A stretch of DNA of 64,000 nt from NCBI GenBank assembly GCA_010909165.1, contig MU008206.1:1-64000 (forward strand), read 5' to 3'. This document shows, one piece after another, positions 1 to 12,620 of the stretch. Numbering within the stretch: position 1 is the first letter of the stretch; every line of letters starts with the position of its first letter. The notes beneath the pieces were generated by a model. It did not search any database and was not told where the DNA came from. It was given only the letters and a program-made list of their open reading frames with translations. Source of the DNA: Anthoceros angustus. Taxonomy: Eukaryota > Plantae > Anthocerotophyta. Made by a program: the position numbers and the translations under genes.

Positions 1-868
1 CAATTGCCTTGCACAAAGTTTGCCGTGTTGTCGCCCGACCGGCTACCATCAATGGAGGCCGGAGGACACGCCACGGACGCCGAGCTATCCATATCATCCA
101 TGCTATCATAGCCATCTCATCGCCTCCATGCCATGTGAAATGCCTCCTATGGCGGCTATCCTCCGCAGCATCTTACGCTCATTTCACCACCACCATCAAT
201 CTGCAAAATTAGTTACAAGCGAGACAAGATATGGCGGGGAGGAAATTGCGAGGAGGTGACGCCATCGACGCTGCAAGGCCCTCCATCCTTTCAAGAAACA
301 ATGCATTCGAAATGTGGGCGGAATGGGGCTGATGGATCTGAAATCCGACGTGGACATCGTGATGTACACCTCGGCTCTCTAGGTGGCATCCAAAGAAGAT
401 TCGCGCTCGATGAAAATCACACACAAACTCCTTAAGCAAAAGATGCTTATATACAATTGATTTAATAGAAGTACAAAGCCTACTAGGCGGTAGGTGGTTA
501 GGTGGTTAGGTGGTTACAACCATAAGTAGTTGTAACGCCTAGTAGTTGTAACTACTATAACTACTAACTACCTAGATCAACTAACTAGTAACTACTTAAT
601 GCCCTAGGCATATAATAATGTTTAAGTTAGTGCCCAAATGAATAACAGTGCCCTAACCCTAATATATTTATCACTCCCACTCACTATGAATGTAGGGGTG
701 AAATCTAGCTTCAAATGAGTTTGCATGCTAAGTAACTCCACACTAGATGGGTTATTAGTTCAAGAGAACTGACTTAAATCTAATGTTAGCAGCTTTAAAC
801 ATGAAAGAAACAAAGAGCCTAAAAGTATTTAACTAAATGTAAATAGGTCCTTTAGTAAATTAAAAGGA

Positions 869-923
869 ACCAAAAGAAAATTGAGTGGATAATGCCACCA
901 AAAGAAAATTGAGTGGATAATGC
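869..923. repeat. 27-bp tandem direct repeat (accaaaagaaaattgagtggataatgc x2)
   Basis: Exact copies at 869-895 and 897-923, at the boundary between AT-rich (440-920) and GC-rich sequence. Confidence 0.85.
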
Positions 924-3840
924 GGGGAGGTTTTAATTTGCCCTGCTGGAGGTGGACGGGGCGTTACTACCGAACGCCGACCACGGCATGGCAGAAGCGC
1001 ACGGGTGCGCGATATCGCGATGATGGCCCTTCAAATAAGCCTCCGCACATGATAGGAAGCGGCAGTGCGCGCACGAGGCCGCACGCTTACGCCGGGTCGC
1101 TGGCATCCCATGCGCCGCAACAAGGGTGCAGCACCAAGACCGCCGTGAGGCTGCATATGTTGTCACCGCGATTTCAATGCGCCGCTATAATGCAATGCAA
1201 TGCTACACAATGCCGCTACCAATGCATTGCCAGGCATCCGAGATCGAGGATGGGCGCCCCACCGTCCACAAATCCTTCCACAAATTGGCCGGTGCTCCGC
1301 AAGTTGGTGTCACTGCCTGGGTGATGTTGCCCGTCAGCCCTCTCAGATTTTGCCAATGGTGACATGTGTGAATCGGATGGCGGTGTAGATGGAACTTACC
1401 CGGCCACCGAGGTTGATGAAGAGGTCGATCAGGATGTTGATGATGTTCCCAAAGCCGGAAGGAAACCAAGTGGGGGAAGAGCCGATTCCTCCCCAGGCCA
1501 AGGAGGTTGCCTTCTCTTTGGTGTGAGGACAGATGGCTGCCGTCTGCCGCCAAGAGCATAAGTGATGATGACCACGGAGGTGGCCACAATATTTGTCCTT
1601 GAGTCTTCTCCAGGCCTCAAGGATATGATGCCTTTGTTGATGGAAACTCCGAGGGTGACATGGTTGATATCAGGCCGAGGAGGTGGAGGTCAAGGGATTC
1701 AAGCCGATCTCAAGATGTTCTTCACAACCCAATCTGTGAGGGAGCCCGAGCCGAGATCGCACAGAGTTAATACGCACTTTATGGACTCAAATGTTCTAAC
1801 GCCTCCATGTCGGGCATTAGGTAAGTCATCCGTCTATGCATTCTACAAATTCATAGATAGTATGTAGACCAATGGGTTGAGCCATGTGTAGATCTAGGAG
1901 TCGGATGGCTTCGCTAGAGAAGGACACAAAAGGAAGACCAAAACAAAACATAGCGCTAAGAGACAATTGGAAGGAATTGCTCGCATCGGGACTCTTCGAC
2001 GGGGCACGTCGATTGTATGACAGATCCTGGGTGGTACCGTTGGTTGGCCGGTGTGCCACCGTGAAGACAGGCCGACAAGGTGATCTGACTTCAAAAACGG
2101 GTGTAGGTATGTGCACATTGTTCTGTTCAAATTTCGGCCAGCTCACTATGGCGCATTATCATTGCCGAAATATGCAAGTTCGAGGAATTTTGTGCCATCG
2201 AAGCCATTGCCATCAATTTGCGAAATACCGACGCATTGCGTAGCCGAGGAGCGACCATGGCAGCCCAATCTGCGATTGCTCCCAGCCTCGCTCACGAGCA
2301 GCCCGCATAGTGGCACATCACGATCCCCCTTCCGCCATCCGCGCACCCCCCGTTCCATGGTTGATGGAAAACAATGCCAGGAAGAGAGCACACATTTCCC
2401 ACTAAGAAAAGGATGGCCTCACACATTCCTATATGGTCATGGAACAAGTGACATGGAGGCCACACGTCTGAATGATTGCAAATCGAAACACACGTGTGGC
2501 CAATCCATAGCTATGTCAGCGACCGAATGGCAGCGATTGTACACAATTGGAGAAAACACGTCACCTTCTACGGGAATTTGACATGCTATTTTCTAGCATT
2601 TCCATACAATGCAGTACAAAAGAAGGCGTGTACCATGGAATGACGCCCCATCATGAAACCTCGTCAACCGACCACCCAATGAGTACGTGCACGACCTCTC
2701 GCTGGATATATATGCCGAATGGCTTGCGGTGCAATACGGCTCCCACCCACGATTTGAAGGGTGCCGATTTGAGCCTGCCTGCCGAATAAACCATGCGCGA
2801 CCCGATCGTATGTTATATCCATGTTATACAACTACAACATGATCGCAACACCCTAAACCCGATCCTACAACTGTTTCATTTCGTATAACAACCGTAGCAC
2901 CGTAATGTAAATATGTACACATTGCCAAAGATATGGCAAGTTCTAGTAGTGTGTGGTGGTTACCGGCTGTTGTCGGCCACGGTAGCTCAACTTGATGAAG
3001 TCTCTGAAGGCTCACCTGGATCATCCGATTGGGTGCACCGCAGATGTGAGGACTAGGGATTGGGCCACCAGCGCCGAGGCGGAACCACGGCACTCCCATT
3101 TCCGCCGATATCGAGATAGGGAATATAGGGGAATAGTAGGCGGCAAGAAGCACAATGAGCTGGCTACCCCGAATAGAGTAATAAAGACCGGCGTAGTATA
3201 AGAGGACGGGGGCTGCTCTAGTAAAGCATCTTTCTTTTGGGGTAGATATCGTGTTCCCTTGTAGACCCTTGTGCGTCTTTTGCTAAAGCGAGTCTTGAGT
3301 CACTGAGCAGGCACGACAGCCCCGGAGAGATTGATCAAGGTCCTGGTGACGGACCCTAACGTGTGGTGGTGTGTGCAGGGGCGAACAATCAGAGACCCTT
3401 GCTCTTCCACAATGGGGCCGACGCTGAACCACTGTAACGCATGAGCCGGTGGAACTGGGAGGGCGGCAAGGCAGATTCAGAGGCCCATGGAGCACTTGAG
3501 GTCCGGACCACACGCAACCCACCCACTCTTCCCAAAAGAACGGCGAGCGAGGGAGAGTGGTGAGGAGAATGCATTTAACGAGGGGCTGATCGTAGGATAC
3601 GACGTGAACGCAGTCTTAAACGCTTGGCACATACGCCGGCCCCGGCTTTGCGGACGCTAAGAGTAGTAGTAAAATCGCGAAGCCGCAGCGCGCTTTGAGT
3701 CCGAAACGGTCACAACTGTGAGGTGAGAATTGGTTGAGACGTGCCAAACAGAACCTATCATTCTCTTGGGAACGGACCCCTTGTTACAACGACACGGGAC
3801 TGTGCGCGCCCGGCTGGCCGTCAGTGAAAGTCGCGCCACA

Positions 3841-5110
3841 AATACCGATCTGGTCACACGGGAGCGTGTGTGTGACTTTCTTTTTTTTCGGTGTACGCTA
3901 CGGGAATATGCCACGGCATCTTTTAGATACTTACCTATAATACATGTATAATACGTGCCACATCAGCTTCTGTGCCATTCGTATGCGGGCAAAAACCTTT
4001 GTATCACACGTTCATAGTCCTGGTGTTCCGATTGTGTCATGCAGATGTATTCTTTAGGGTTTCGGTCCCATCAACACACATACATGTTAAACATGTGGGC
4101 AAGACATACATTCACAAATTTTAGTTCGCAAGTATGGCCCGTGTGCACATTTGCTCAAGGCCTCGATCTCGCGGTCTCGCTCCGCCCGCCTCGCTCCGCT
4201 CCGCGCTCTTGCTCGTGACTGCTCGGGCGCTCTTGCTCTCGTGATCCGGCTCTCGCCCGCCTCACATCTGGTCTGCGCGACCATCGTAGAATATGCATGC
4301 TGTTCGAGATGATCTCAGGCATCGATGGCATGGACAAAGCCATGTAGTCCAAAGAGGGCCTTTGAATCAGAGTGCTTGTGCACTGCAGGCTTTTTTGGGT
4401 GCAAGCATTGTATATGTGCGACTGTTTTCATGAAAGCCCGTCTCTGTTGGTCCTTCTGTTACAAGCTTGTTTCGGGGTAATTGGTGCTATATGAAACCGC
4501 ACTCTGGCAGCGTGCCTAGGAAACGTTGCAGCCACGTATGCGCCAAACATCGCAGCCTTTGCACTTATAAATTAAACGCAATACCAACAAGAAATGATTT
4601 ACGCGCAACGCAAACGCACTTATACGGTGAAGCGCAGCTAACGCAACCGGCCGACAACCCTAACAAATTGTGGATGCCGCGGACATGGCATATTACGTGC
4701 TGCAATGGCGCGGCAACGCAAATGACCTCAACGCAACCCTAACCCCAAAGAAGAAAAGTTTCGTGTGTCGGTAATCATTTTGTGTACCATGGGATAGGTT
4801 GACTACATCGACACCGGGGTCAGAGTCCCCAACCGATGTGGTCATGCATGACATGCCGAAATAGTTCCGCCGTATGCGGTGGGACTATTTCTTTCTGTGA
4901 TGCCGCGTGACCAGATCGGTATTCCATACACCATGCCAAAAGTGTGTGATAGAAAGTTTTTTGGCTACATATGACCCTACCTAGATTGATGTGGCACATA
5001 TTATATGTATATTATATGAAGGAATCTTAAGATGCCGTAGCATATTTGAGTACAGTACAGCCAAAAAAAACAATGTCACACACAAGATGGCCCGTGTCGA
5101 GAACGGTATT
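3841..5110. mobile_element. Non-autonomous foldback/MULE-like element with ~200-bp imperfect inverted arms
   Basis: 3841-~4050 is an imperfect reverse complement of ~4900-5110 (e.g. aatatgccacggcatctt vs aagatgccgtagcatatt; gtgccacatca vs tgatgtggcac; aataccg vs cggtatt). No transposase or TSD seen. Confidence 0.55.
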
Positions 5111-5283
5111 TTATATATATGACATGCACATCGTGCCTATCTTTTGTCATTTGTAAAAGATAGGTATGTTGCAGCAATCGGATTCTAGGCGGGACCTGGC
5201 AGTGCCAGCCTTGCCACCAGCTGCATAGGTATTCACAGGGACTGTTGCACACTTCGGTGTTCCCTTGCTTGTCCGGCTGTGAC

Positions 5284-6413
5284 ATGGCACCTTCCATGCT
5301 TAGTGCTAGTTGCAGAAGCTACCTTGTAGCATCGCCTTCCTGGTCAAAGGCGGGCTTGCACCGTGTGATGGCTGGTAGCCTGGAGCTGGAGCTGAAGCTG
5401 AAGCCCCGGCTTCGGTCGTCCCCGCTCAGGTGACGAAGGGGCTGGAATTTCATCCCGAATGATCTGTGCTGAATCCTGAATTTCACTTCTGGCAAACGCT
5501 TTTGTCGCTTGTTTTACAGCTTCTCGTCGTCGTCTTTCATGGTGAAGCCGGTGGGATTGAGGATTTTGGATTTGTGCGGGCGTGTGGGAAAACCGCAGAG
5601 AACTACCTGCGCTTTGTTAATCTCAGTGGACACATTACGATGGGTGGCCTCTGCCGCTTCTTTGTAATGACGGATTGCACGCTCTCTTAAGTTTACCCCC
5701 GAGGCTCGTGCTAAGTGCCCTTTGTTCTTGCCAGGGTTCTTATCTTGACTAAAAGTTCAAGAGTGCAAAAGTCACTTGTGGTTCCCTTGTTGGCATTGAC
5801 TGTGCCAAGAGAGGTTTTGAGCTGGATAAGGTTAGTGTTGATGTTTCCGCTGTGAAAACAAGAAAGTAATCTCCTCCCTCACCCGCGGCTGTGCGTTTTG
5901 CAGAGGAGGTTATGGATTGTGGGTGGCCTTCATTGGTCTCTGTGTCCGTTTGTTCTACTCCATTCCAGGTTGGCGCAAGTTTGCATTACGTGAAGGAAAG
6001 TTGTGCTTCGAAGTTTGAGATGACTAGGATGACAACAGCGAGCCTGTCCGCCTTGTTTTCGGAAAGCAGGGGAATTGGAGGTGCCTCTATCGTTGCTGCT
6101 TCTGGTTATCACGGCTCCTTTTCAGTTGCTGTCCTACAGGTACGTTACCTCCTCGGCAAATGTCATGGCTGCCCTCATGCTTCTCGTCATAGATTTGAAT
6201 AACGCGTGGCTGTCTTTTTACAATCAACTGCTCAGGGACCAGCCTGCCGCGGGCGTGCTAACATTGGTAATAGCAAGCATTTTGGCCTATCAACAATTCT
6301 CACGAGCCGGCGGTTTGGATGGAGCATTTCACAAAGGCACTTTCATAGCATCTGTGGCCGTAATATTGGTGTTGGTAATACCAGTTGTTTTGTTCATACA
6401 GGGTGTGTACTGA
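5284..6413 (+). CDS. Cold-regulated 413 inner-membrane (COR413-IM)-like chloroplast protein, 6 exons
   Basis: Exons 5284-5429, 5520-5663, 5735-5830, 5904-5968, 6070-6139, 6236-6413 with GT-AG introns. Spliced product contains VLILTKSSRVQKSLVVPLLAL..SWIRGGYGLWVAFIGLCVRLFYSIPGELEVP..YQQFSRAGGLDGAFHKG, matching the WCOR413 family. N-terminus is transit-peptide-like. Confidence 0.85.
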
Positions 6414-6726
6414 TACTGCAGCAGTCCATCTGCATAAAACCCAGTGTGGTGCGTGATGAGAAACACCACATGTTCCCTCAAAGTTGTACTCGCACGCGGT
6501 TGTGCCGATCCTACAGCACCAGGGCCCTCTGGCAAGCATGACCTACGGAAATAACTTTGCCATGAGATTTCACACGATCTCCATAACCCTGCAGTCAAAC
6601 CCCGAGGAAAGATGAGCCTTCTGCCGACAGTGGGAAGTATACCAAGCACACAACTTGACGAGGAAATGCAGGCAGAGTACCAGCTGGGTGGCTACACTGG
6701 CCAATCCACGTTGCTCTAAGAGTAGA

Positions 6727-7293
6727 TCAAAGCTGGGCTGAAACATGAGATGTTGAAGTGCGGTCCATTCTCCTACTGGCCTGCAGCAGAGCCCAGGCCT
6801 TGGTCCGCTCTGCACCGTCCTTCCAACGCTTCACTCGGGCAGAGTCTCGTCTCGCTGTAGCAAGCCTCATAGCTTTTATCTTTTCCTGTGCTTGCTTCTT
6901 GGCAAACTCCGATCTCTGCAACATCCGCTTCTTATGCTTCCGGTTCCTGAGGCTGCCGTCGTTGGGGCGAGAGGGAGGAACTTCCTCGTCCTTGAGGACT
7001 TTAATCCAAGCATACGGTCCATTCCCCTTCCTCAGCAGGGCTCTCTTGGCGTAACTTCGCTCCTTGAACCACATACATGCCAACCCCGAAACCCTGTTGC
7101 TTAGAAACAGCCGCTCCCCGCATGGTTGCAGTCTTGGCACAAGAGCGGCTCCGAGCTCCGCACAGCCACCCGACCAAAAATCCCGACGAAGAATCCCGGC
7201 AGCGTGGTGCGATTGGATCAGGTCCGGGCTGTGCACGCTCAAGAGGGAGCGGTGCGCTTGCCTCAGGGCTTGCAGCGCTCGGACGGTGGTCAT
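6727..7293 (-). CDS. Plant mitoribosomal large-subunit protein mL87-like (At3g51010-like)
   Basis: GPYAWIK..PPSRPNDGSLRNRKHKKRMLQR resembles GPYAYVQ..NPNEGSVKRRNAKKRIGQR of At3g51010. Arg/Leu/Ser-rich presequence-like N-terminus. First ATG is at 7293 (the ORF-track start at 7317 is TTG). Confidence 0.7.
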   Translation of the reverse strand: MTTVRALQALRQAHRSLLSVHSPDLIQSHHAAGILRRDFWSGGCAELGAALVPRLQPCGERLFLSNRVSGLACMWFKERSYAKRALLRKGNGPYAWIKVLKDEEVPPSRPNDGSLRNRKHKKRMLQRSEFAKKQAQEKIKAMRLATARRDSARVKRWKDGAERTKAWALLQASRRMDRTSTSHVSAQL

Positions 7294-7407
7294 GGCCTGC
7301 TTGCATATGCATAACAAGTTGTGAGTTTAGGTCTTCGGAGGTTTAAGGAAACTCACCAGTTTGTGCTTTTGGCCCCAGGCAGGCGCTCCTTCTGCGGCTA
7401 GACTCCC

Positions 7408-7707
7408 ATGGGGTACCCCAAGGACTACCCGAAGTTCGACACATCGAAGCCGGACGACTTCGACCCGCTCAACCCTTACGCCGATCCTGTAGCGTTGCTG
7501 GAGTATCGGGAGTGGCTGGTGCGGGAGAAGCTGGTTGCCATCGAGACGGCTAAGATCCTTAGGGAGCGCGTGAAGCAATGCTATAGGCGCGAAGGAGTCA
7601 ACCACTTCTCCAAGTGTCAGGATGCTGTGCAGCGCTACCTGGAATCCATCAAGGGCATCGGCTGGGGCAAGGATGCTCGCCCGCCCTACATGGAGAAGGA
7701 TGTCTAG
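7408..7707 (+). CDS. NDUFB10: NADH dehydrogenase (complex I) subunit NDUFB10/PDSW
   Basis: PDDFDPLNPYADPVA..REWLVREK..IETAKILRERVKQCYRREGVNH..C..YLES..GWGKD is the plant NDUFB10 signature. Intact 99-aa ORF. Confidence 0.95.
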   Translation: MGYPKDYPKFDTSKPDDFDPLNPYADPVALLEYREWLVREKLVAIETAKILRERVKQCYRREGVNHFSKCQDAVQRYLESIKGIGWGKDARPPYMEKDV

Positions 7708-8526
7708 CCATGCTGGCCTGCATCTAGGTGTGGAATTTTGAGTGTCTGGCCTGGCCCAGTGTGTTTCATCTTCACCATTATGCTTCGCACAAAATTTTTG
7801 CTTTGCGAGTTGCTCTCACCAGATGGTGCCAGCAGTGTCTGGCTCTACTATAACTGTTGCTTATGCTTGAATCATGCCTCATCTCGAACATGTCTCAAAA
7901 TCGCGCAGAAACGGGGAGCGAATCTCCTTCGGGCCTCCAACTGGTATTCATGTGCTGGCACCATGGCAGCGAGCAGTAGAGTAGAGTGGGGAGTATTATC
8001 CATGCCTGCCTAGTTTTAGTCAGACGGAACTTCTGTTCCCGTTAGATAGGGAGATGATTCATTCCTTCACAGAGACTTTGTCCAATTATCCTGTTGTTGG
8101 CGCACTTAAGACGATACCCGCCACCAGTGGACTGTCACTCCTAGGGTTCCCTGGGTGGCGGGATTGGGCGGAGACGTGGAACAGATTTTGTGCAGTTTCG
8201 CCAGTTTAGCCGGTGCTGCGCCCGGGTTGGCCTGTGGTGGCCAGAGTGGTGCTGGAAGATAACGCAGGATAAGCCTACGGTTTTCTTGAGTCCGTGCCCC
8301 GCGCTTCGCAAATGCCATGAATCGTTCCCTCCTGCCGGTAGCATGGGTCTCCGCGGCTGATGCCGTGATGGACCTGCTTCAGCAGGTCTTGTAGCGGGGC
8401 CATGGAGTGCTTGCTGGTGTGGAAGCGCTTGCCACAGGCGCAAAGCTTCTGTTTTTGGAAATTCAATGGCAGAGTGTAGGTTGTGAGCTGCCAAGGGGGG
8501 GAGAGGACGGTGGCAGGCAGGCTGGC

Positions 8527-10224
8527 ATGGCGAGCTTGGTGGTGGGATCACGGCCGGCCTTGCTGGCTGGGCCTGGCGAGATGGCGGTGTTCCCCGGGAG
8601 GAGGGCGGAGCAGCAGCGGGTGAAAGGGCAGTGGCGGATGCGTAGGAGGCAGCAGGCGATGGAAGCATGGCGGTGCCAGGCGGGAACGGAAGACTTGGTG
8701 GTCAGTGCGATTCACGGGCTGGTTGTGGGTGTGGGAGTGGGCCTACCCTGCACCGTGATGGAGTGCGGGGATGTTGTGTACCGAAGCACCTTGCCGTCGC
8801 AGGGGTTGCAAGTGACCGTCCCGGGGGTGCTGCTGTCGCTTCTGCTGCTGGCTTACCTGGGAGCCACGCCCGGTGTGGCGGCCGGCTTCTGGGACATGTT
8901 CGTCTTGGCCAGGCTGGAGCTGCTGCAGCGGCCCAGCGTGGGCAAGGAGGATCTGCGACTGGGCAAGAAGCTGGGGGAAGGAGCCTTCGGAACGGTGTTC
9001 AAGGCATCCGTGGTGGGTAAGAGGGCCGAGGAGCTCATTGTGAAGAAGGCGACCGAGTATGGTTCCGTAGAGGTGTGGATGAACCAGCGGGTGCGCAGGG
9101 CCTGTCCCGACAGCTGCGCCGAGTTCGTGCACGGTTTTGCGGACAGCTCCGACAAGGGCAAGGGGGAGCAGTACTGGCTGGTGTGGAAGTACGAGGGGGA
9201 GTCGACACTGGCGGACCTCTTGGCCAAGAAGGATTTCCCCTACAACTTAGAACAGCAGATGTTGGGGGAATCAGCCGGAGTGAGGAGCCTGGCGCGGGAG
9301 AACGAAATCATCCGCGCCATTTTGCGCCAGATCATGCTGGCCATCGGCCAGTTGCACAAGACGGGAATCGTGCACCGGGACATCAAGCCCCAGAATATCA
9401 TCTTCTCCCTGGGCTCCAACCGCTTTAAGATTATCGACTTGGGCGCTGCTGCGGATTTGCGGGTGGGCATCAACTACGTGCCCAAGGAGTTCTTGCTGGA
9501 TCCCCGCTATGCCGCTCCGGAGCAGTACATCATGAGCACGCAGACCCCGTCTGCCCCGCCAGCCCCCGTGGCCACCTTCCTGGCGCCTGTCTTGTGGCAG
9601 ATGAATCTCCCGGACAGGTTCGATGTTTATAGCGCGGGGCTCATATTTCTACAATTGGTGTTCCCCAACCTCAGGTCGGACACCGGCCTCATTGCCTTCA
9701 ACAGACAGCTCAAGCGCTGCGAGTACGACCTGGAAGCGTGGAGGGAGATGGCGGGGAAGCGGGCATCTGCGGATGTGCAGAAAGGGCTGGAGATCATGAG
9801 CCTGGACGGCGGACTGGGATGGGAATTGGTGCAGGAGATGATTCGCTTCAAGGGCAGGCAACGCATGAGCGCCAAGGAGGCTCTGGCGCACCCCTATCTC
9901 GAAACGGCTGGGCTGCTGCCCACCTCGTTTTTGCAGCGACTGCGAATCAGGCTCCTGCGCGCTGGCGATGAGGAGGAGAGCGAGTTTTCCCGGTGGGTAC
10001 AAGGCCTCATGGCTAAGTCCGGAACGAAAACTGTTGGGGGCTTCACGGAAGCTCAGTTGCAGGAGCTGGTGAAGCAGGCACCCAAGAAGGCCACACTGCC
10101 TCGCAATGCCTGGGCCTCGCTGCTGCGTCTTAAGAGGCAGGTTACGCGTACTGTAGATGCAACAGCGGACAACCTTCGCAATGCGAAAAGGTTCCCCTTC
10201 TGGTGGAACCGCTCCCAGTCATGA
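8527..10224 (+). CDS. STN7: State-transition thylakoid Ser/Thr kinase STN7, single coding exon
   Basis: GVGVGLPCTVMECGD (lumenal Cys pair), a TM helix, LGEGAFG, HRDIKPQN, DLGAAADLRVGINY, APEQYIMSTQTP, MNLPDRFD. First in-frame ATG is at 8527. Confidence 0.95.
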   Translation: MASLVVGSRPALLAGPGEMAVFPGRRAEQQRVKGQWRMRRRQQAMEAWRCQAGTEDLVVSAIHGLVVGVGVGLPCTVMECGDVVYRSTLPSQGLQVTVPGVLLSLLLLAYLGATPGVAAGFWDMFVLARLELLQRPSVGKEDLRLGKKLGEGAFGTVFKASVVGKRAEELIVKKATEYGSVEVWMNQRVRRACPDSCAEFVHGFADSSDKGKGEQYWLVWKYEGESTLADLLAKKDFPYNLEQQMLGESAGVRSLARENEIIRAILRQIMLAIGQLHKTGIVHRDIKPQNIIFSLGSNRFKIIDLGAAADLRVGINYVPKEFLLDPRYAAPEQYIMSTQTPSAPPAPVATFLAPVLWQMNLPDRFDVYSAGLIFLQLVFPNLRSDTGLIAFNRQLKRCEYDLEAWREMAGKRASADVQKGLEIMSLDGGLGWELVQEMIRFKGRQRMSAKEALAHPYLETAGLLPTSFLQRLRIRLLRAGDEEESEFSRWVQGLMAKSGTKTVGGFTEAQLQELVKQAPKKATLPRNAWASLLRLKRQVTRTVDATADNLRNAKRFPFWWNRSQS

Positions 10225-10592
10225 CTGTAAACTCTCTATTGCATGGCATTGCAATGGGTTGCATTCCTGTACACTAGTATACTAAGCTTCACCCCGCTGA
10301 AGTGATTGGGTGAAGATCTCTGTGTGTAACATGCTGATCCACCTCGTGGTTGCGGAGGTGGAAAAGGCTCGTCATGAAATGACTTTTACATCCGACATGT
10401 GAGATTCGGGCGGCTTCCATGCGTTGGAAGAAACGTATCAAGTACCTCCCCTGACTTGCCTTTCCTGACACATATCTGCTCCAAATATGACGATATCGTT
10501 GCGCAAGGATTGAATTTGGAGCTTCCCAAGCATCTATTAGAGGAAACAACAAGCGGTCTACCTGAGAAGTGAATAACCACAGTTAATGAGGC

Positions 10593-12620
10593 TCAATCCA
10601 AAATCTCGTTCTGACTCTCGATCTTTGCCTTCTCTCTGTCCTTGGAGTATGTGAAGTACAAAAGGTTAACCACGAGAATCACAAGGAGGAAGGGAAATGT
10701 GATCATGGAAAATAGCCCCTTGGCCAGAGCCCAAGCATTGCCCAAGTCTGGAGCGAACGAGGACTCGTCAATAACATATCCAAAAAGCCGCTCCGCAAGA
10801 AGACCCACCAGTGGCGTCCCAGCTGCTGCAATGGACTTCTCTATGGTCAAGTCAATAGCATACACAGTGGTGTGCAGATGAGTGGGCACTATTTCAGCAA
10901 ATAAGGGCCAGTTAGTGGCTGGTGAGTTCCAGGACATGAAAAAACCCATGGAAAAAAGAATGAGCCCATAGAGCCATCCGTAATTGACTCTCTGCGGCAC
11001 AACAAGCAGCAACAAGGCGGACAAGGGGATGCCAGACCCGGCACTGAACTGTGAGCATAGGATACGACCCGCGTTTGGGGCTAGGCGTGAAGATAAATCT
11101 CCCAGCCAGCCTCCAAAGACGGAACCGAACATGTTGCCTATGGACAAAAGAGCAACCAGAAGAGCAGCCGAACCATGACCAAAACCCAGCAGTTCCAGCC
11201 AAAGAGTGAAGAATGCCATGGCATTCCAAGGAACCTGTCCCACAACTCCTTGGCCTACGATAACTTGGAACGTAGGGACTTTCAGGACTTTTCTTGTGCC
11301 CTTCCATAACTCCTTCAACTGTAACTTGTAATGAGCTCTGTCGGGAAGTAGTGCCTCTTCCTCACCACTGACACAAAGGCAGGAGCTTTAGCATTACCGA
11401 ATTGACCTGCTTTATTCAAACCGCAAAACTGCACAGCGTCATTAGAGGTGAGCGAGACACCCAATATAGGAATAGAAGTCGCTTACGCACCTGATAGGCC
11501 GGACAGGTAATGGCCTCACAAACTCCTGGCCAAGATGGCAAATTGCCAGTCCAAGCATCAGGCTGAGCAATGCAACAAAGAGGAAAGCAAACCTCCAACC
11601 TGCTATGCCAAGCACCGTTCTCCCTGCCAGCAGCGTTGCAAAGACGCCTCCAATCAAGTTACCCAGCTGTCCAGCGGCATGCAGCCACCCAAATCCAAAA
11701 CCTCGCTCATTTTCCCTGTAGATGTCGGCAACAATGGACTGTATTGCTGGGATAACAATAGCAAGTCCAATGCCATTGAATGCTTTCACTATGGCTGCCT
11801 GTTCAAGCCATGGATCATACCCATCGTGAAAATGATGTACCACATATACAGACAAAGGTTGCAGTCCTGAAGGTAATAAAGACAGGTACCGGCACCTTGT
11901 AAATCTTAAAGCAACATGCAGGGTTTTGAAACACCCGCCACAAGATGCCTGATCAGAGGATTTAAAAAAAAAATTGATAGCGCACTGAAACGAGCAGGCA
12001 ATCTCTGCATGAATAAAGAAAGGCGGGTTGGACAGAAGTCATAGCTCACATACCCAAGCAAAAGGTCGTACACGTCCATCTGGACAAAACCATTTCCACC
12101 ACAGACAAGTACCTGCCAGAAGGAGTTGCAGAGACCCAGGGCCGCAGTGGCCGCAGCCCAGGCCAATGCTCCAGCCGCGATGATATTAACCCTGTTGTGC
12201 GACAGTGCTAAGTACGCTGCCAAAGGGGAGGCAAGAGCCTGAACCAGCGCTCTAATGAACGTCAACGAGCCCAGAGCTGACGGGCTCACTCTAAATGCCT
12301 GCCCAACCTAAACAAACACTAGAGAGATTCAACCACCATCAGCGGCAGCAGTGGTGATCCCACAGCAACAACCGAAATATTGACCACTACCAAAATTTGA
12401 ACACTTCACAAGGACATTCATCCAACGAACGGAGCAACGCCTGGCAACACAACAAGCACGTATCCCCAGCAAAAACAGTCCTTCGGCAAAACAAGTTCTT
12501 CCGCGAGTTAAATGCGGCAGGAGTCACTTGATCGTAAACGGCGGGCAACAGCGCCTCGTCAGCGCGCTCCATGATGGCTGCCAGGTTGACCAGCAGGAGC
12601 GTCAGGCTGGAAGACTCCAT
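10593..12620 (-). CDS. MFS transporter, spinster-like plant family, 4 exons
   Basis: Exons 12620-12528, 12307-12113, 11798-11491, 11367-10593 join in frame with GT-AG introns. Motifs LVNLAAIMERADEALLPAVY, NGIGLAIVIPAIQS, GWRFAF, SWNSPATN..FAEIVP. Confidence 0.9.

Noticed and set aside
1-3660. Many short ORFs, possibly a decayed transposon or gene
   Set aside because: No motif I could assign to a family; left unannotated.
8141-10002. Antisense and alternative-frame ORFs over STN7
   Set aside because: Shadow ORFs expected from GC-rich codon usage.
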